Source: Bacteroidota bacterium
GTDB lineage: Bacteria > Bacteroidota > Bacteroidia > Bacteroidales > PWNQ01
Assembly: GCA_051748205.1 (NCBI GenBank)
Contig: JBNJHE010000002.1
Span: 1-53,613 of the forward strand
DNA: 53,613 nucleotides
Reading direction: 5' to 3'
The translations under genes and the position numbers were made by a program. This document shows positions 52,896-53,613 of the stretch, one piece after another; the first letter of the stretch is position 1; every line of letters begins with the position of its first letter. The notes below the pieces were generated by a model. The model had not been told where the DNA came from, made no database searches, and worked only from the letters and a program-made list of their open reading frames with translations.

Positions 52896-53600
52896 ATGAA
52901 AAAATCCCTTATTCTTTTAATGTTTCTTTTTCCCATTGTTATTTATGGGCAAAACTCCTCAGGACAGTGGTTGCAGTTTGGCTTAAATGGTGGTTTGGCA
53001 TTTCCTCAGGATGAGTTTGCTGAGAACTATCCCAGGCCCCGCTTTAACGGACAAATCGATATTTTGTTTGGCATTCCGAAAATTAACTCTCTGGTGGGCT
53101 TGCAAGTAGGCCGCGTGTTTATGGGCAATTCTTCAAAAACAATTAATGATACTATCCAGTTTATTGATGGTACAACAGCACTGGGTGTAGAGGGAGTGGC
53201 TGAGACCCAAATGAACAACGTTAATCTCAGCCTTCGCTTTGTCCCCTGGAAAGAGTCTTTGATATCGCCATATTTTGATGTATTCGGCGGATTGCAACTG
53301 ATCAAATTCACAACTACCACCTTTGCGCTGTTTAAAAATGGGAATGAAATTATTTATGATGAAGAGGATACGCGATACGGATTGTCGTATGGTGGCGCCT
53401 TTGGGCTTTTATACAGATATAATGAATATTTACAGTTCGATGCGAAGGTGCAGTACAACAAGACTACGATAACAGCTTATCCGGTGATGGATGATTTATC
53501 ATTTGATCGCTATGGGAAACCGATTATCGACATAGAGGAATCAAAAACCGACATATTGCGCTTTAATCTGGGTGCGGTATTTTATATGTTTAAGCCTTAA
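52896..53600 (+). CDS. Small outer-membrane beta-barrel (porin-family) protein
   Basis: It has a signal peptide (MKKSLILLMFLFPIVIYGQ), alternating-hydrophobicity strands with G/Y/F ends, and a C-terminal beta-signal-like LGAVFYMF. An upstream in-frame ATG at 52848 lacks a signal peptide. Confidence 0.65.
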   Translation: MKKSLILLMFLFPIVIYGQNSSGQWLQFGLNGGLAFPQDEFAENYPRPRFNGQIDILFGIPKINSLVGLQVGRVFMGNSSKTINDTIQFIDGTTALGVEGVAETQMNNVNLSLRFVPWKESLISPYFDVFGGLQLIKFTTTTFALFKNGNEIIYDEEDTRYGLSYGGAFGLLYRYNEYLQFDAKVQYNKTTITAYPVMDDLSFDRYGKPIIDIEESKTDILRFNLGAVFYMFKP

Positions 53601-53613
53601 AATGTTAGTTGGA

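Noticed and set aside
1-53613. tRNA, rRNA, tmRNA, prophage, integrase, toxin-antitoxin or known defence-system genes
   Set aside because: I read all spacers longer than 100 bp and found no cloverleaf-like or rRNA-like sequence. None of the ORF products shows integrase, nuclease-defence, reverse-transcriptase or toxin motifs that I can recognise. This is absence by eye only; a tRNAscan, Infernal or DefenseFinder run would be decisive.

Overview
The window looks like a chromosomal, mostly housekeeping segment of a Bacteroidota genome. Four observations support that. The Bacteroidetes -7 promoter box TAnnTTTG sits 10-55 nt upstream of many predicted starts. A T9SS type-B cargo / PorP-SprF / OmpA-like trio is present. 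A complete MoxR-DUF58-BatA-E aerotolerance operon is present. Rho carries a long disordered insertion. I support about 40 CDS. They include a TamB C-terminal fragment, hydE-like radical SAM, a PIF1/RecD-like helicase, two TonB-dependent receptors, arcC-argF-argS and two thioredoxins. They also include an S41 protease, surE-lpxB, an isocitrate/isopropylmalate-type dehydrogenase, an HD protein, a fused aconitase-family hydratase, gcvT and a ComB-like phosphatase. The remainder are an M49 peptidase, a GH3/beta-lactamase fusion, rho and the Bat operon. I found no rRNA, tRNA, CRISPR array, prophage, intact IS or recognisable defence genes. I see no clearly novel protein-coding system. The least explained sequence is non-coding. 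First, the 658-bp moxR/porin divergent intergenic region has a sigma-54-like -24/-12 element, two 48-bp direct repeats exactly 300 bp apart, and a C-depleted purine-rich tract with nested tandem repeats. Second, a 141-bp MITE-like palindromic element has a perfect 6-bp flanking duplication. Third, a hairpin+GATTTAGGGGT motif recurs at several loci. Fourth, a nested-stem leader lies upstream of the HD/aconitase-like gene pair. All homology calls rest on motifs recognised by eye; no database search was possible.
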